Assembly (NCBI GenBank): GCA_002354635.1
Contig: DELZ01000005.1
Coordinates: forward strand, 40,626-104,625
Origin: Sphingomonadales bacterium UBA2683
GTDB taxonomy: Bacteria > Pseudomonadota > Alphaproteobacteria > Sphingomonadales > Sphingomonadaceae
Length of the DNA stretch: 64,000 nucleotides
Direction of reading: 5' to 3'
Part shown: piece after piece, positions 17,978-28,378 of the stretch
Layout of the letters: each line of letters starts with the position of its first letter
How positions within the stretch are numbered: the stretch's first letter is position 1
Translations under genes and position numbers: made by a program
The notes under the pieces: generated by a model
The model's input: the letters and a program-made list of their open reading frames with translations, nothing else
Told to the model about the DNA's origin: nothing
Databases searched by the model: none

Positions 17978-18742
17978 TCAGGGATAGAGCTTCTTCAAGC
18001 TATCCATCGAATCGTAATGGGTGAGATCCAGATGGAGCGGTGTAATCGAGACAAAGCCGTCAGCGATCGCTTCCAGGTCGGTGCTGTGCGCCGGCGTTTC
18101 CACCATCGGTCCGAGACCGAACCAGTGATATTCAAAACCGCGCGGGTCGCGGTTGCTGATGATCTGCAGGCGGCCATAATCCCGGATACCCTGGGACACG
18201 ACCTGCACACCCTTCACGTCACTCGCCGGCAGCGCCGGAAAATTGATGTTCACCAGCGTCCGATGATCCATGCGCTGCTTGATCAGCGGGCGCAGCACAC
18301 GTTCACCCCATTGCAGCGCAGCATCAAACGGGACATTGGCGCCGATATCCTCTCGGGTGTAAGCTTGGCTCAGAGCGATCGACGGGATGCCCGCCAGGGC
18401 ACCTTCCATCGCGGCCGATACCGTGCCAGAATAGGTGACATCCTCGCCGAGATTTGCGCCGCGATTGACTCCGGACAGAATAAGGTCCGGCGGTCCGTCC
18501 TTCATGATCTTGGCCACGGCCATCATCACGCTGTCCGTCGGCGTGCCATCGACCGAATATTGCTGGTCGCCGCGTTTGCGGATACGCAGTGGCCGGGTAA
18601 GGGTCAGCGAATGGCCCGCTCCCGAATTCTCGTCGGACGGAGCGACAATCCAGATATCGTTGGAAAAATGCGACGCAATATCGAGCAGGATTTTCATTCC
18701 CGGTGCGTCGAATCCATCGTCGTTGGTCAGCAAAATGCGCAT
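17978..18742 (-). CDS. surE: 5'/3'-nucleotidase SurE
   Basis: ILLTNDDG, SGVNRGANLG, YSGTVSAAMEG. Confidence 0.97.
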   Translation of the reverse strand: MRILLTNDDGFDAPGMKILLDIASHFSNDIWIVAPSDENSGAGHSLTLTRPLRIRKRGDQQYSVDGTPTDSVMMAVAKIMKDGPPDLILSGVNRGANLGEDVTYSGTVSAAMEGALAGIPSIALSQAYTREDIGANVPFDAALQWGERVLRPLIKQRMDHRTLVNINFPALPASDVKGVQVVSQGIRDYGRLQIISNRDPRGFEYHWFGLGPMVETPAHSTDLEAIADGFVSITPLHLDLTHYDSMDSLKKLYP

Positions 18743-20022
18743 CAGGCGGGCTCCAGTGTTTCTATGCCGCCCATATAGGGAAGCAATACCGACGGAATGA
18801 TAACCGAACCATCGGCCTGCTGATAGTTCTCGAGCACTGCGACCAAGGTCCGGCCCACCGCAAGTCCCGAACCGTTGAGCGTGTGCACAAACCTGGTTCC
18901 CTTTTCCTCGCCTTCAGGGCGGAACCGCGCGTTCATACGCCGTGCCTGAAAGTCGCCGCAATTGGAAATGCTGGAGATCTCGCGATAGGTATTCTGACCC
19001 GGCAGCCACACTTCCAGATCGAAAGTCTTGCGGGCAGCGGCGCCCATGTCGCCCGCACAAAGCAGCATTTTCCGATAGGGCAGCTCCAGCGCTCGCAGGA
19101 TCGATTCCGCCGCCTTGGTCATCCGCTCATGTTCTTGTGCACTGTGATCGGGGTGGGCAATGGTCACGAGCTCAACCTTCTCAAACTGGTGCTGACGGAT
19201 CAGGCCCTTGGTGTCCTTGCCCGCCGATCCCGCTTCGCTACGAAAACAGGGGGTCAGGGCCGTCAGCCGGATCGGCAGCTTCGTTTCATCCAGTATCTGC
19301 TCACGGACGCTGTTGGTCAGGCTGACTTCTGCGGTCGGGATCAGCCAGCGGCCATCCGTGGTCTGGAACATGTCTTCCGCAAATTTCGGCAATTGGCCAA
19401 CGCCGAACACGGCATCATCGCGCACCAGCAACGGGGGCGCACATTCCTGATAACCGTTTTCGATGGTCTGCTGGTCCAGCATATATTGCCCGATCGCCCG
19501 CTGCAGTTTTGCCATTTGCCCCCGCAGGAAAGCAAAGCGTGCACCCGACATTTCGGCAGCCGTTTCAAAATCAAGACCCAGTGCCGGCCCGATATCGCTA
19601 TGCTCGCGAGCGGTGAAATCAAACACACGTGGTTCGCCCCAGCTGTCGATCTCGACATTGTCATCTTCATTCTCGCCGGGTGGAACGTCATCGGCAGGCA
19701 GATTTGGCAAGGCTGCCAGAATATCCTGCAAACGCCCCGAAACTTCGCGTTCTTTCTCCTCCACCTCGGGCATCTTGCTTTTCAATTCTGCGACTTCGGC
19801 CATCAAGGCCTTTGCCGCTTCCTCGTCACCCTGAGCCTTGGCCTTGCCGATTGCCTTGGACGCCTCATTGCGGCGTGCCTGCCCGTTCTGCAACTCGGTT
19901 TTCAGCGCGCGAATCTGCTCGTCCAGCGCCAGCAAATTCTGCGCAGTCGACTCGCCCCCTCGCTTCGCCAGCGCGGCATCAAAAACTTCCGGGTTTTCGC
20001 GAATATATTTTATATCATGCAT
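18742..20022 (-). CDS. serS: Serine--tRNA ligase
   Basis: [48 protein letters not shown]. Confidence 0.98.
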   Translation of the reverse strand: MHDIKYIRENPEVFDAALAKRGGESTAQNLLALDEQIRALKTELQNGQARRNEASKAIGKAKAQGDEEAAKALMAEVAELKSKMPEVEEKEREVSGRLQDILAALPNLPADDVPPGENEDDNVEIDSWGEPRVFDFTAREHSDIGPALGLDFETAAEMSGARFAFLRGQMAKLQRAIGQYMLDQQTIENGYQECAPPLLVRDDAVFGVGQLPKFAEDMFQTTDGRWLIPTAEVSLTNSVREQILDETKLPIRLTALTPCFRSEAGSAGKDTKGLIRQHQFEKVELVTIAHPDHSAQEHERMTKAAESILRALELPYRKMLLCAGDMGAAARKTFDLEVWLPGQNTYREISSISNCGDFQARRMNARFRPEGEEKGTRFVHTLNGSGLAVGRTLVAVLENYQQADGSVIIPSVLLPYMGGIETLEPA

Positions 20023-20069
20023 GGCAATCGCCTATGCCGAGCGACTGTTTCACTTGCAAGACCGCAAAG

Positions 20070-20098
20070 AAAAAAGCGGCCAGATTGCTCCGGCCGCC
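20070..20098 (-). terminator. Rho-independent terminator after the PEP-CTERM-like gene
   Basis: Minus strand GCGGCCGGA-GCAA-TCTGGCCGC followed by a T run. Confidence 0.7.
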
Positions 20099-20125
20099 CT
20101 TTCGATTTTTCCTGATGCGAATTGC

Positions 20126-21157
20126 TTAAGCGGAAGCCGCCGTCTTCGCCTTGCGTCGGCGGGCAAACAGGGCCGCTGCCGCCGCACCAAAGAGCAATAC
20201 AACTGGCGGAGCGGGAACGTCGGTGCCGCCTGTCGACCCGCCAGTGCTGCCACCCGAAGACGAGCTGGAGCTGCTGCTCGAAGAACTGGAGCTGGACGAG
20301 CTGCCCGAGGAACCTGACGATGTGCTGTTACCGCCAAAGCTCGACGATCCGCCGGTAGCTCCCGACGAGGTACTGGTGGAGCTGCCGCCCGAACTCGAAG
20401 AGGAGGAACTGGAGCTGCTGCTCGACGAACTGCTGGACGACCCCGAGCTGCCCGAAGAACCCGAACTGCCGGATGATCCTGAACCGCCGGACGAACCAGA
20501 AGAACCCGAAGAACCATATCCGCCGGAAGATCCGTGCCCACCTGACGATCCGCCAGGCTTGCCACCGGACGAGCCATGGCCACCGCTCGATCCGGAAGAA
20601 CTGGAAGAGCTGCTCGACGAACTGCTGGATGAACTGGACGAAGAAGAACTACTTCCTCCCGTAGAGGTGCTCGTGGAGCCACCGCTGGTGGAACTTCCGC
20701 CCGACGAGGTGCTGGTCGATCCACCGCTGCTCGTCGATGATATTACGACGCTACCGCCGCCAGAGCTACCGCCGCCGAAAAAGCCGCCGAAAAAGCCGCC
20801 ACCGCCGCCATATCCGCCACTGCCGCCAATCACGACCGGAATGGAACCGCCTCCGCCGTCAATGGGTGGAGCAGGCGGAATATACGGAGGCAATGGAACA
20901 GGCGCAGGAGTCTGGGCAATCGTTACGACAGCCGGCTGACAGGCGGTGACCGTTTTGGTCACGGTCCGCCGCGTACGCTTGATCTTGCGCGCCGGCTCGC
21001 CACGCTTGACGACACGGGACCGCAACGGCTGCTTTTTGGACATTTTCTTCACATAAGGAGCGGCTGGTGCCTCAGACACATGTACTGCGCCACCGCCAAT
21101 CAGAGCCCCGCCACATGTGCAGGCACATAATTTTGCCAAAGCCATCCGTACCGACAT
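20126..21157 (-). CDS. Ser/Gly-rich surface protein with PEP-CTERM-like sorting tail
   Basis: C-terminal TDVPAPPVVLLFGAAAAALFARRRKAK (motif + TM + basic cluster); long poly-Ser/Gly tract; hydrophobic N-terminus. Confidence 0.8.
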   Translation of the reverse strand: MSVRMALAKLCACTCGGALIGGGAVHVSEAPAAPYVKKMSKKQPLRSRVVKRGEPARKIKRTRRTVTKTVTACQPAVVTIAQTPAPVPLPPYIPPAPPIDGGGGSIPVVIGGSGGYGGGGGFFGGFFGGGSSGGGSVVISSTSSGGSTSTSSGGSSTSGGSTSTSTGGSSSSSSSSSSSSSSSSSSSSGSSGGHGSSGGKPGGSSGGHGSSGGYGSSGSSGSSGGSGSSGSSGSSGSSGSSSSSSSSSSSSSSSSSGGSSTSTSSGATGGSSSFGGNSTSSGSSGSSSSSSSSSSSSSSSSGGSTGGSTGGTDVPAPPVVLLFGAAAAALFARRRKAKTAASA

Positions 21158-21598
21158 AATATCATCTCTCTTCCGCTGTAGACCCGATCAGAATATCGGC
21201 TTTACGTTGCCGACAGTCCTGTCTGCGGTCTCGACATGCATCAGAAAGACAGAAGAAATAGTAAATCACAATTACATTAACCCTATTTTCCCGCGCAAAA
21301 TTGAGAAACATGTTAACGGCTCGTATCCATCCACGGTTAATGTCCCGAATTGGAACCCTTTGAGTTGGATTCCTTGAAAAATCCCGAAAATGCCGATTGA
21401 GTAAGGGGCCCTCGAGGCGCTAATTCCCTATCAATCCTGCAACAAATTGCATCGCATTCGCTGATTCCTGTCCGAAATATTGCGATTTCCGGATTATTGA
21501 ATGAACAACCATTTTGCTTCTTGTTTCCGATGAGTCCGCTGGGTATAGGCCCGCCGTATATGTGGTCCAGCCCTCCGGATTCGGGTAGGGCATGATGT

Positions 21599-22075
21599 TT
21601 GGAGAGTATGTTGGCATCCTCGGTAAAAAAAGCATCCGCAAAGAATAGCTCGAACGGCTCAGACCAGGTTCTTTCAGACGACTATGAACCCGGCGAAGAC
21701 GAAGAGTTCATGAACGAGCATCAGCTCGCCTATTTCAAGCGCGCCCTGAAAAAATGGAAGCAGGAAATCATCGACGAATCCAAGGAAACTCTAGCACATT
21801 TGCAGGATGGACCGATACAGGAAGCCGATCTCAATGACCGGGCGTCGAGCGAAACGGACTGGGGCCTGGAACTTCGAACCCGTGATCGTCAACGCAAGCT
21901 GACATCCAAAATCGATTCGGCGCTGCGACGGATCGAAGATGGCGAATATGGCTATTGCCAGGTTACCGGCGAACCGATTTCACTCGACCGGCTGAAAGCC
22001 AGACCCATTGCAACGATGACCGTAGAAGCGCAGGAAGCGCATGAACGGAACGAGAAAATCTCCCGCGATCAGTGA
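21599..22075 (+). CDS. dksA: RNA polymerase-binding protein DksA
   Basis: FMNEHQLAYF, DLNDRASSE, RDRQRKL, ALRRIEDGEYGYC...RLKARP. Confidence 0.95.
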   Translation: MESMLASSVKKASAKNSSNGSDQVLSDDYEPGEDEEFMNEHQLAYFKRALKKWKQEIIDESKETLAHLQDGPIQEADLNDRASSETDWGLELRTRDRQRKLTSKIDSALRRIEDGEYGYCQVTGEPISLDRLKARPIATMTVEAQEAHERNEKISRDQ

Positions 22076-22265
22076 TATAATCGACTGCTGCAACGATAAA
22101 GTTAGAATTTGGCCCTGGCGATCGTCGACAACAGTCAGCGAAGTCGAAAAGATGCGCCATATTTCAGCGAGAAAAATTGTCTGATATTAACCAAATTTGC
22201 ACCTATTTGGCTTTAGTATTTTCCTTGTGACCGATGCCTTCACAATTATCGACTACGGGAAGCCC

Positions 22266-22676
22266 ATGAAAGAAACATTTGACGATAATCTGAAAATGAA
22301 CAGCCAGGCGGTTGGACACCCGAAACGGGAGCTCGACCGCGATAGCCTGTTTCTGAAAGCAGAACTACACATCGTGGGCGGTGATGACTGTGGTGAAGTG
22401 CGTGTCCGCAACCTGTCGGCTGGCGGCCTTATGGCCGAAGCACCGGTGCTGACCAAGCGGGGCGACAAGGTCGAACTGGAATTGCGCAATATCGGCCGCA
22501 TCACCGGTCATGTTGCCTGGGTCGCGAAAGGCAGATTTGGTGTCGCTTTTGATCATCCGATTGATCCGAAACTGGCGAGAAAGCCAGTCGGACAAAACAA
22601 ATCCGAACTGCCCCGCTATCTACGTCAACCGTCGCAGAAGCCCCTTGCTTTGCGCCGCGGTCCGCCGACGCGCTGA
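22266..22676 (+). CDS. Single-domain PilZ protein
   Basis: RELDR (RxxxR), RNLSAGG (NxSxxG), GRFGVAF. Confidence 0.85.
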   Translation: MKETFDDNLKMNSQAVGHPKRELDRDSLFLKAELHIVGGDDCGEVRVRNLSAGGLMAEAPVLTKRGDKVELELRNIGRITGHVAWVAKGRFGVAFDHPIDPKLARKPVGQNKSELPRYLRQPSQKPLALRRGPPTR

Positions 22677-22735
22677 TCATCCGGTCAAACTGAAACAATA
22701 AGCTTGATCCGAATAACTTCCCTGCATAGGACGTA

Positions 22736-22751
22736 TTAATCAGTCGATTAA
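22736..22751. promoter_or_regulatory. Palindrome TTAATC-N4-GATTAA, candidate operator
   Basis: Ends 14 bp upstream of the CaiB/BaiF ATG. Confidence 0.35.
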
Positions 22752-22764
22752 ACGGGAGCAGGAC

Positions 22765-23805
22765 ATGGCAGGACCATTAGCCGGGATCAATATCATCGAG
22801 TTTGCCGGGATTGGTCCCGGGCCCTTTTGCGGCATGATGCTCGCGGATCAGGGTGCCACCGTAACCGTTCTGCACCGACCTGGCAAAGCGCCGGATCCCC
22901 GGCTCTCCCTATCCCGCTCCCGCAAACTGGTCGCGATCGATCTGAAATCGGACGAGGGGGTCGAAACCGCTCGCAATCTGGTAAAAAATGCCGACGGTCT
23001 TATCGAAGGCTTTCGTCCCGGCGTTATGGAGCGTCTCGGACTTGGGCCCGATATATTGCTCTCGGACAATCCTAAATTGGTCTACGGTCGAATGACGGGT
23101 TGGGGTCAATATGGCCCGCTCGCCGCTGCCGCGGGACATGATATCAACTATATTTCCATTTCCGGAGCCTTGCACACATTCGGGCGAGCGGGCGAAAAGC
23201 CGACTCCGCCGATCAATATGGTGGGCGATTTCGGTGGCGGTGGCATGATGCTCGCACTCGGCATGGTTTCCGCGCTCCTCCATGCCAAGACCGGTGGCAC
23301 CGGTCAGGTGGTCGACTGTGCGATGACCGATGGCTCTGCCGCATTGATGGCGATGATTTACGATTTTCACAATATTGGCCAATGGCGCGATGAACGGGGT
23401 GTCAATTTGCTCGATACCGGCGCGCATTTCTATGACACTTACGAAACCGCCGATGGCAAGTATATCTCGATCGGATCGATTGAGCCGCAATTTTATGCCG
23501 AGTTGCGGCAAGTGGCCGGTCTTGCGGAGGACTCAGATTTCGACGCGCAAATGGACCCCAGGCAATGGCCCGTGCTGAAAGAAAAACTGACCGCCCTGTT
23601 CAAGACCAAGACCCGCAACCAATGGTGCGAGCTGATGGAAGGCACGGACATTTGTTTCGCTCCCGTGCTGTCGCTGGCCGAAGCCAAGGAACATCCGCAT
23701 AATGTGGAGAGGAAAACCTTTGTGGATGTCGGCGGTTTGGCACAACCGGCGCCGGCACCGCGCTATTCGGTTACCGTTTCGGATCCTCCGAAGCGTCCTG
23801 CCTGA
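22765..23805 (+). CDS. CaiB/BaiF CoA-transferase family (alpha-methylacyl-CoA racemase-like)
   Basis: AGIGPGPFCGMMLADQGA, EGFRPGVMERLGLG, AGHDINY, GDFGGGG. Confidence 0.93.
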   Translation: MAGPLAGINIIEFAGIGPGPFCGMMLADQGATVTVLHRPGKAPDPRLSLSRSRKLVAIDLKSDEGVETARNLVKNADGLIEGFRPGVMERLGLGPDILLSDNPKLVYGRMTGWGQYGPLAAAAGHDINYISISGALHTFGRAGEKPTPPINMVGDFGGGGMMLALGMVSALLHAKTGGTGQVVDCAMTDGSAALMAMIYDFHNIGQWRDERGVNLLDTGAHFYDTYETADGKYISIGSIEPQFYAELRQVAGLAEDSDFDAQMDPRQWPVLKEKLTALFKTKTRNQWCELMEGTDICFAPVLSLAEAKEHPHNVERKTFVDVGGLAQPAPAPRYSVTVSDPPKRPA

Positions 23806-24524
23806 ACACCGGCTGCAATCCGGTCCGCATAGCGGGGACCGACTGGCAGTTGATGGCCGTTCGGCAATGTCACAAACCGTTTGCGTCCTTCGCGGCGAAC
23901 TTCCGCGATACAGTCGCGCCGGATGATGATAGATCGGTGAACGCGAACAAACAGGCTGGCCGGCAACTGACTTTCCAGGTCCCTCATAGACTGGTGCACG
24001 AGATAGCTGCGGCCGTGCAAATATAGCCGCATATAGTCACGCTCGGCTTCCACCCATTCTATATCCGAAACGATCAGTTGCAGGACCCCTTTGCCATCCT
24101 GCACCCACATTCGCTGCGCAACATCCAACTCCCGGTCGGCCTCATTGCGGGCCTGATTTGCAAGAGCACGCTCGACAGCCTCGCGCAGCAGGGATTCCTT
24201 CACCGGCTTCAGAAGATAGTCGGTAGCCTCCAGTCGAAACGCCTGCACCGCATATGTGCTGTGTGCTGTTGTAAAGATGATTGCCGGCATCCGCGGCTGA
24301 CGTTGGCAAAATTCCGCAACTTTCAGTCCCGACAAATCGGGCATATCGACATCGAGCAGCAGAATGTCGGGTTGCCCCTGCCGGATTATCTCCAAAGCCT
24401 GGCGTCCGCCATTGGCCAGTTCGGTCTCACCAAAGAGGCCGGTCCGTTCGCACAGCGCTCGGAGCCGAGAGCGGGCAAGCGGCTCATCATCGACGATCAG
24501 TACCGAAGGCAGCTTTCTGGCCAT
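23763..24524 (-). CDS. LytTR family response regulator
   Basis: VDDEPLAR, LLDVDMP, DYLLKP, EAERDY, FVRVHRS. Confidence 0.93.
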   Translation of the reverse strand: MARKLPSVLIVDDEPLARSRLRALCERTGLFGETELANGGRQALEIIRQGQPDILLLDVDMPDLSGLKVAEFCQRQPRMPAIIFTTAHSTYAVQAFRLEATDYLLKPVKESLLREAVERALANQARNEADRELDVAQRMWVQDGKGVLQLIVSDIEWVEAERDYMRLYLHGRSYLVHQSMRDLESQLPASLFVRVHRSIIIRRDCIAEVRREGRKRFVTLPNGHQLPVGPRYADRIAAGVQAGRFGGSETVTE

Positions 24525-24527
24525 CCT

Positions 24528-25703
24528 CTAAATATCTTCAAATATCAGGGACGGGTCGGGCAGGACAATGGTGGCAATCGCCATTCCATCCTTGCTGTTC
24601 GCCAGAATCAGCGAAGCATTTTGCCCATATAATGCTCTGAGCCGATTCTGGATATTGGACAGGCCGGTGCCGGTGCCGATGGTCCGGTCGTGGGTTTGCC
24701 CTTCAGGTATTTTAACCCGGCCATCGTTGGCGACGCTGATCCGCAGACGGTCGGCCTCGATTTGTGCGGTGATATTGATATTGATCGGCTGATCGGCTGC
24801 AGAGACGCCAAATTTTATCGCATTTTCGATCAGCGGCTGGATGATCAATGCGGGTATGCTCCAGTCATTTGCGGCCGGATCAATTTCGACAAAATAATGC
24901 AGTCTCTCCGGGAAACGCATGCGTTCAATCTCGAGATATCGAACCTGCTGGTCAATTTCCTGTTCCAAGGTAATCATATCGTCGGCACCACCCGTCAACA
25001 CTGCCCGCATATAATCCGCCAGGTCATCAACAAGCTTTTCGGCCTGGCCGTTTTGCCGGTCAATAATCAGACTGCTGACCGAATTGAGCGCGTTAAAAAC
25101 GAAATGGGGGTTCAGCTGGTAACGCAGCGCCCGCAATTCGCTCTCCCGGTTCACTCGCTCCAGCTGACGACTGTGCACCATCATGCGCTGCACATCCTGA
25201 CTGTGTGACAGGGCGAGATACAGGGCTCCCCAGCTCACCAGAATGAAATAGCGGGTAAACGCCTCATCCAGAATATAGGCCCAGTCGAACGCCGCAAAAT
25301 CGACTGGCTCGACCAAATAGGAAAAGTCGAACAGGCCTGCGTCATGGTTAAATACAATCTGGTCCATAATCGCGATATAATTGGCCAGGATTATGGTCGG
25401 CAAACCAAGCATGAATATGGCAGCGCCCATACCGCTGCCGCGCACCGCAACCAGCAAGCGATAGAGCATCCAGGTGATTGTAATGCAGATGCTGGTCATC
25501 AGTATCCGCTGGAAAAACAATGCTTCCACATGAGGCTGTGCGACATATAAGAAACGACTGGTTACAAACAGAAAATAGGCACCCCAAACGCCAAATATCG
25601 ATTTGATCGCAAGATCCCGATTGACCGGGAACAACCGGTCAAACAGGGAGGCTTTCGGGGCTTCGGTCTCTTGCACCGGTCGAATGACGGTCTTCCGTTT
25701 CAC
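24528..25703 (-). CDS. LytS/YehU-type membrane sensor histidine kinase
   Basis: TM segments, LRYQLNPHFVFNALN, QPLIENAIKFG, GTGLSNI. Confidence 0.93.
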   Translation of the reverse strand: MKRKTVIRPVQETEAPKASLFDRLFPVNRDLAIKSIFGVWGAYFLFVTSRFLYVAQPHVEALFFQRILMTSICITITWMLYRLLVAVRGSGMGAAIFMLGLPTIILANYIAIMDQIVFNHDAGLFDFSYLVEPVDFAAFDWAYILDEAFTRYFILVSWGALYLALSHSQDVQRMMVHSRQLERVNRESELRALRYQLNPHFVFNALNSVSSLIIDRQNGQAEKLVDDLADYMRAVLTGGADDMITLEQEIDQQVRYLEIERMRFPERLHYFVEIDPAANDWSIPALIIQPLIENAIKFGVSAADQPININITAQIEADRLRISVANDGRVKIPEGQTHDRTIGTGTGLSNIQNRLRALYGQNASLILANSKDGMAIATIVLPDPSLIFEDI

Positions 25704-26905
25704 GAATCCGGACTGCTGCTATCGCTATCAATCCCCCTCTGGGTGCGCCAATAGGTAGCGAAGCTGGCCAGCCAGTGGCTACCGGAATAGTGCGGTGTGC
25801 GAACCGCCTTCTCTCCAGAATCCCCATGCAGGGTTGCAGAGGCTAGCAGTGATGCGCGGCGGGAATCATCGGAAGGCAAACCGGACGCCATGCCCTCCAG
25901 CGCCCATGCACGCGAAAGATTCAGACCGTCAAGATGCACCAGCTTGCCGTCTGTGGGGTCATTGACAATCCCGACTGCCAGCCAGTCATTGCTGCCATCG
26001 GTCGGAATTGCGGGCAAAAAGCCAGACAGCCAGCTGGCATATTCGCTTTCGTCCTGCACCCGCCGCATCAGGTCGGCCACCATCAGGCAGGAGGAGAGAA
26101 AATCTTCTCCCGACGGCTCATAGGCCATCGGGCAGTTGCGATCCTTGCCATGAAAAGCCAGCGTCTTGTTGCGCACCAGACTAGCCATCTCATTGTCTCC
26201 GCTGCGTGCAGCCCAATCGAGAAACAGTCCAAAGGCAAAGGCGGACTGGTTATGGGTCCCCAGCCGGATCGGATAGGCCAGCTTCGGCAGCCAGTCCTTG
26301 ATATTGGCCACAATCGCCGCCTCCAGCGGCTCCAACGCAGCCAGCCATGGCTTCGCCTGCTCCGCCTTGCCACCGTCGCCATTCGCGATCTCGCGCAATT
26401 CAGTAGTCAGTTGCAGGAACCAGGCGATACCGTAGGGCCGCTCGAACGCCGCCCGGCCGTCTCCCCGAAAATAGGCCAGCTCTCCGGCAATTTTTTCCTC
26501 GGCAAAATTCGCTGCCAGCGCGGCGGCAATTTCTTCGTCCATCTCGGGAACCAGATCTTGCCCCCACAGACGGGTCAGCAGCCAATGACCGTGAACGGCA
26601 CTGTGCCAGTCAAAACAGCCATAGAATGCCGGTGTCAGCTTCGCCGGTTCCGCAACATCGGCGGCGCTGTTCAGCACATGGCTGATCTTGTTGGGATATT
26701 GTTTGTTGATACAGTTGAGCGCAATCCGTGCATAAGCCTGTTCCGCGCTCCGGGGGGCGAGACTCTGGTCTGCGGGATCGGGCGCGACATTTCTGCGCTC
26801 GAATACACCCTGTTCGGGCGACGAGGGTGCTTCCTCCTCTTCCGCGACCGAACAACCCGCCAATAGCGCGATCATCACCGCGATCAGTCCTTTTTGATAG
26901 ATCAT
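25700..26905 (-). CDS. DUF2891 family lipoprotein
   Basis: Lipobox LLAGC; PAFYGCFDWHSAVHGHW, FERPYG.AW, GTHNQSAF, HLDGLNLSRAW, HWLASFA. Confidence 0.85.
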   Translation of the reverse strand: MIYQKGLIAVMIALLAGCSVAEEEEAPSSPEQGVFERRNVAPDPADQSLAPRSAEQAYARIALNCINKQYPNKISHVLNSAADVAEPAKLTPAFYGCFDWHSAVHGHWLLTRLWGQDLVPEMDEEIAAALAANFAEEKIAGELAYFRGDGRAAFERPYGIAWFLQLTTELREIANGDGGKAEQAKPWLAALEPLEAAIVANIKDWLPKLAYPIRLGTHNQSAFAFGLFLDWAARSGDNEMASLVRNKTLAFHGKDRNCPMAYEPSGEDFLSSCLMVADLMRRVQDESEYASWLSGFLPAIPTDGSNDWLAVGIVNDPTDGKLVHLDGLNLSRAWALEGMASGLPSDDSRRASLLASATLHGDSGEKAVRTPHYSGSHWLASFATYWRTQRGIDSDSSSPDS

Positions 26906-26989
26906 CCCGTGCTCCCCAAAGATCGTTTTCTACTAGAGATGAATTGACCCCATGGCAAAAGCCTATAAGGCAAAAAACCTCTTTCGCCA

Positions 26990-28378
26990 TTGCCAGTTCC
27001 GGCCAGGGCGATTTTCAGTGGAACAGATAATATCGCGACGCAACCCGCCATATTCCTGACCGGTAGCCCCCTTCGGCATATCACGACAATGTCTTTGACC
27101 GCCAGCATCGGTCTGCTGACGATGTTCATCGTCGACTTCGCGGACCTGTTTTATATTGCTCAGCTGGGCGACAGCTCGCTGACTGCCGCCATGGGCTTTG
27201 CCGCAACCATCCTGTTTTTCGCGACCGCATTCCATATTGGCCTCATGATTGCCACCAGTGCGCTTGCGTCCCGGCAAATCGGACAGGGCAATCCGGATCA
27301 GGCACGACGCTATCTGACCAATCTTCTGATGTTGAGCGCGATGCTCATTGTACCACTGGCGGCCCTGTTTTTCATTTTTGCACCCGACATTCTCGATCTG
27401 GCCGGGGCTGACGGACCCGCCAATCAGGCGGCCACCGGCTATATCCGGATTTTTGCGCCGTTCATGCCGTTCAGCGTCGCAGCGATGGTCTGTTCCGGTT
27501 TCCTGCGCGCCCATGGCGCAGCCCGGCGGGCAATGAACGTGACCCTCAGCATGGGCATTACCAATGCGATTCTCGATCCGATCTTCATCTTCGGCTTCGG
27601 CTGGGGAATCAACGGGGCTGCGGTCGCCAGTGCCTGCGCCGCTGTCGTATCGGCGATATTCGCGATCGCGCCGATTGTTAAAATCTACGGCGGATTTGAC
27701 CGCTTCTCCCTGTCCGGTTTTCGTCAGGATTTTTCAGCGATAATGGCGATCCTGATCCCGGCTATCCTGACCAATGTTGCAACGCCGGTGGGCGGTTTCA
27801 TTTCCTACCGTTTCGTCGCCGACTATTCCGACAATGTTATAGCCGGATTCGCGGTCGTCGGCCGGGTTGTACCCGTCGCCTTCTGTCTGATGTTCTCGCT
27901 TTCCGGCGCGATCGGACCGATCATCGGCCAGAATTTCGGGGCGCTCCAGTTTGACCGGGTCCGCACGACGATCAAGCAGGCAACCTTGTTCGCTCTCGCC
28001 TATACGCTGATTGTCTGGCCAATCCTCTATCTGCTGAGCGGACCAATCAGCGACGCCTTCCATCTCGTCGGCGAAGGGCGGCATGTATTCTGGCTGTTTG
28101 CCCTGCTGTTAACCCCGCTTTTCTTTTTCAATGGTATGCTGTTCATTGGCAATGCCGCCTGCAACAATCTGGGTCACCCAACTTGGTCAACCGCGATGAA
28201 CTGGCTACGCAACACGCTTGGCCTCCTCCCCTTTCTCTGGCTCGGCCGCGAACTTTACGGTCTGGACGGCATAATACTCGCACCAGCTGTCGGCGGGATA
28301 ATATTCGGTCTGGCAGGCTATGTGGTGGCCCAGTATCTGGTGAACCTGCGGGAACGGCAGGCCGCATTAACCGTTTAA
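26990..28378 (+). CDS. MATE family efflux transporter
   Basis: About 12 hydrophobic segments; NAILDPIFIFGFGWGINGAA. Confidence 0.92.
   Translation: MPVPARAIFSGTDNIATQPAIFLTGSPLRHITTMSLTASIGLLTMFIVDFADLFYIAQLGDSSLTAAMGFAATILFFATAFHIGLMIATSALASRQIGQGNPDQARRYLTNLLMLSAMLIVPLAALFFIFAPDILDLAGADGPANQAATGYIRIFAPFMPFSVAAMVCSGFLRAHGAARRAMNVTLSMGITNAILDPIFIFGFGWGINGAAVASACAAVVSAIFAIAPIVKIYGGFDRFSLSGFRQDFSAIMAILIPAILTNVATPVGGFISYRFVADYSDNVIAGFAVVGRVVPVAFCLMFSLSGAIGPIIGQNFGALQFDRVRTTIKQATLFALAYTLIVWPILYLLSGPISDAFHLVGEGRHVFWLFALLLTPLFFFNGMLFIGNAACNNLGHPTWSTAMNWLRNTLGLLPFLWLGRELYGLDGIILAPAVGGIIFGLAGYVVAQYLVNLRERQAALTV

Noticed and set aside
16815-20022. serS-surE-nlpD-like cluster without pcm or rpoS
   Set aside because: Alphaproteobacteria lack RpoS, and loss of pcm from this cluster is unremarkable.
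20151-20939. Plus-strand 262-aa ORF rich in E/L/D/P repeats
   Set aside because: Antisense shadow of the Ser/Gly-rich PEP-CTERM-like gene, which has the signal and sorting tail.
21158-21598. Long AT-rich divergent intergenic region as a possible sRNA or CtrA array
   Set aside because: Only TTAA half-sites without N7 spacing, and no clear hairpin or terminator.
21599-22075. DksA lacking the four-Cys zinc finger (single Cys)
   Set aside because: Zinc-free DksA variants are established in Alphaproteobacteria.
23763-23805. 43-bp 3' overlap of convergent CaiB and LytTR genes
   Set aside because: Short convergent overlaps are common, and both proteins look complete.
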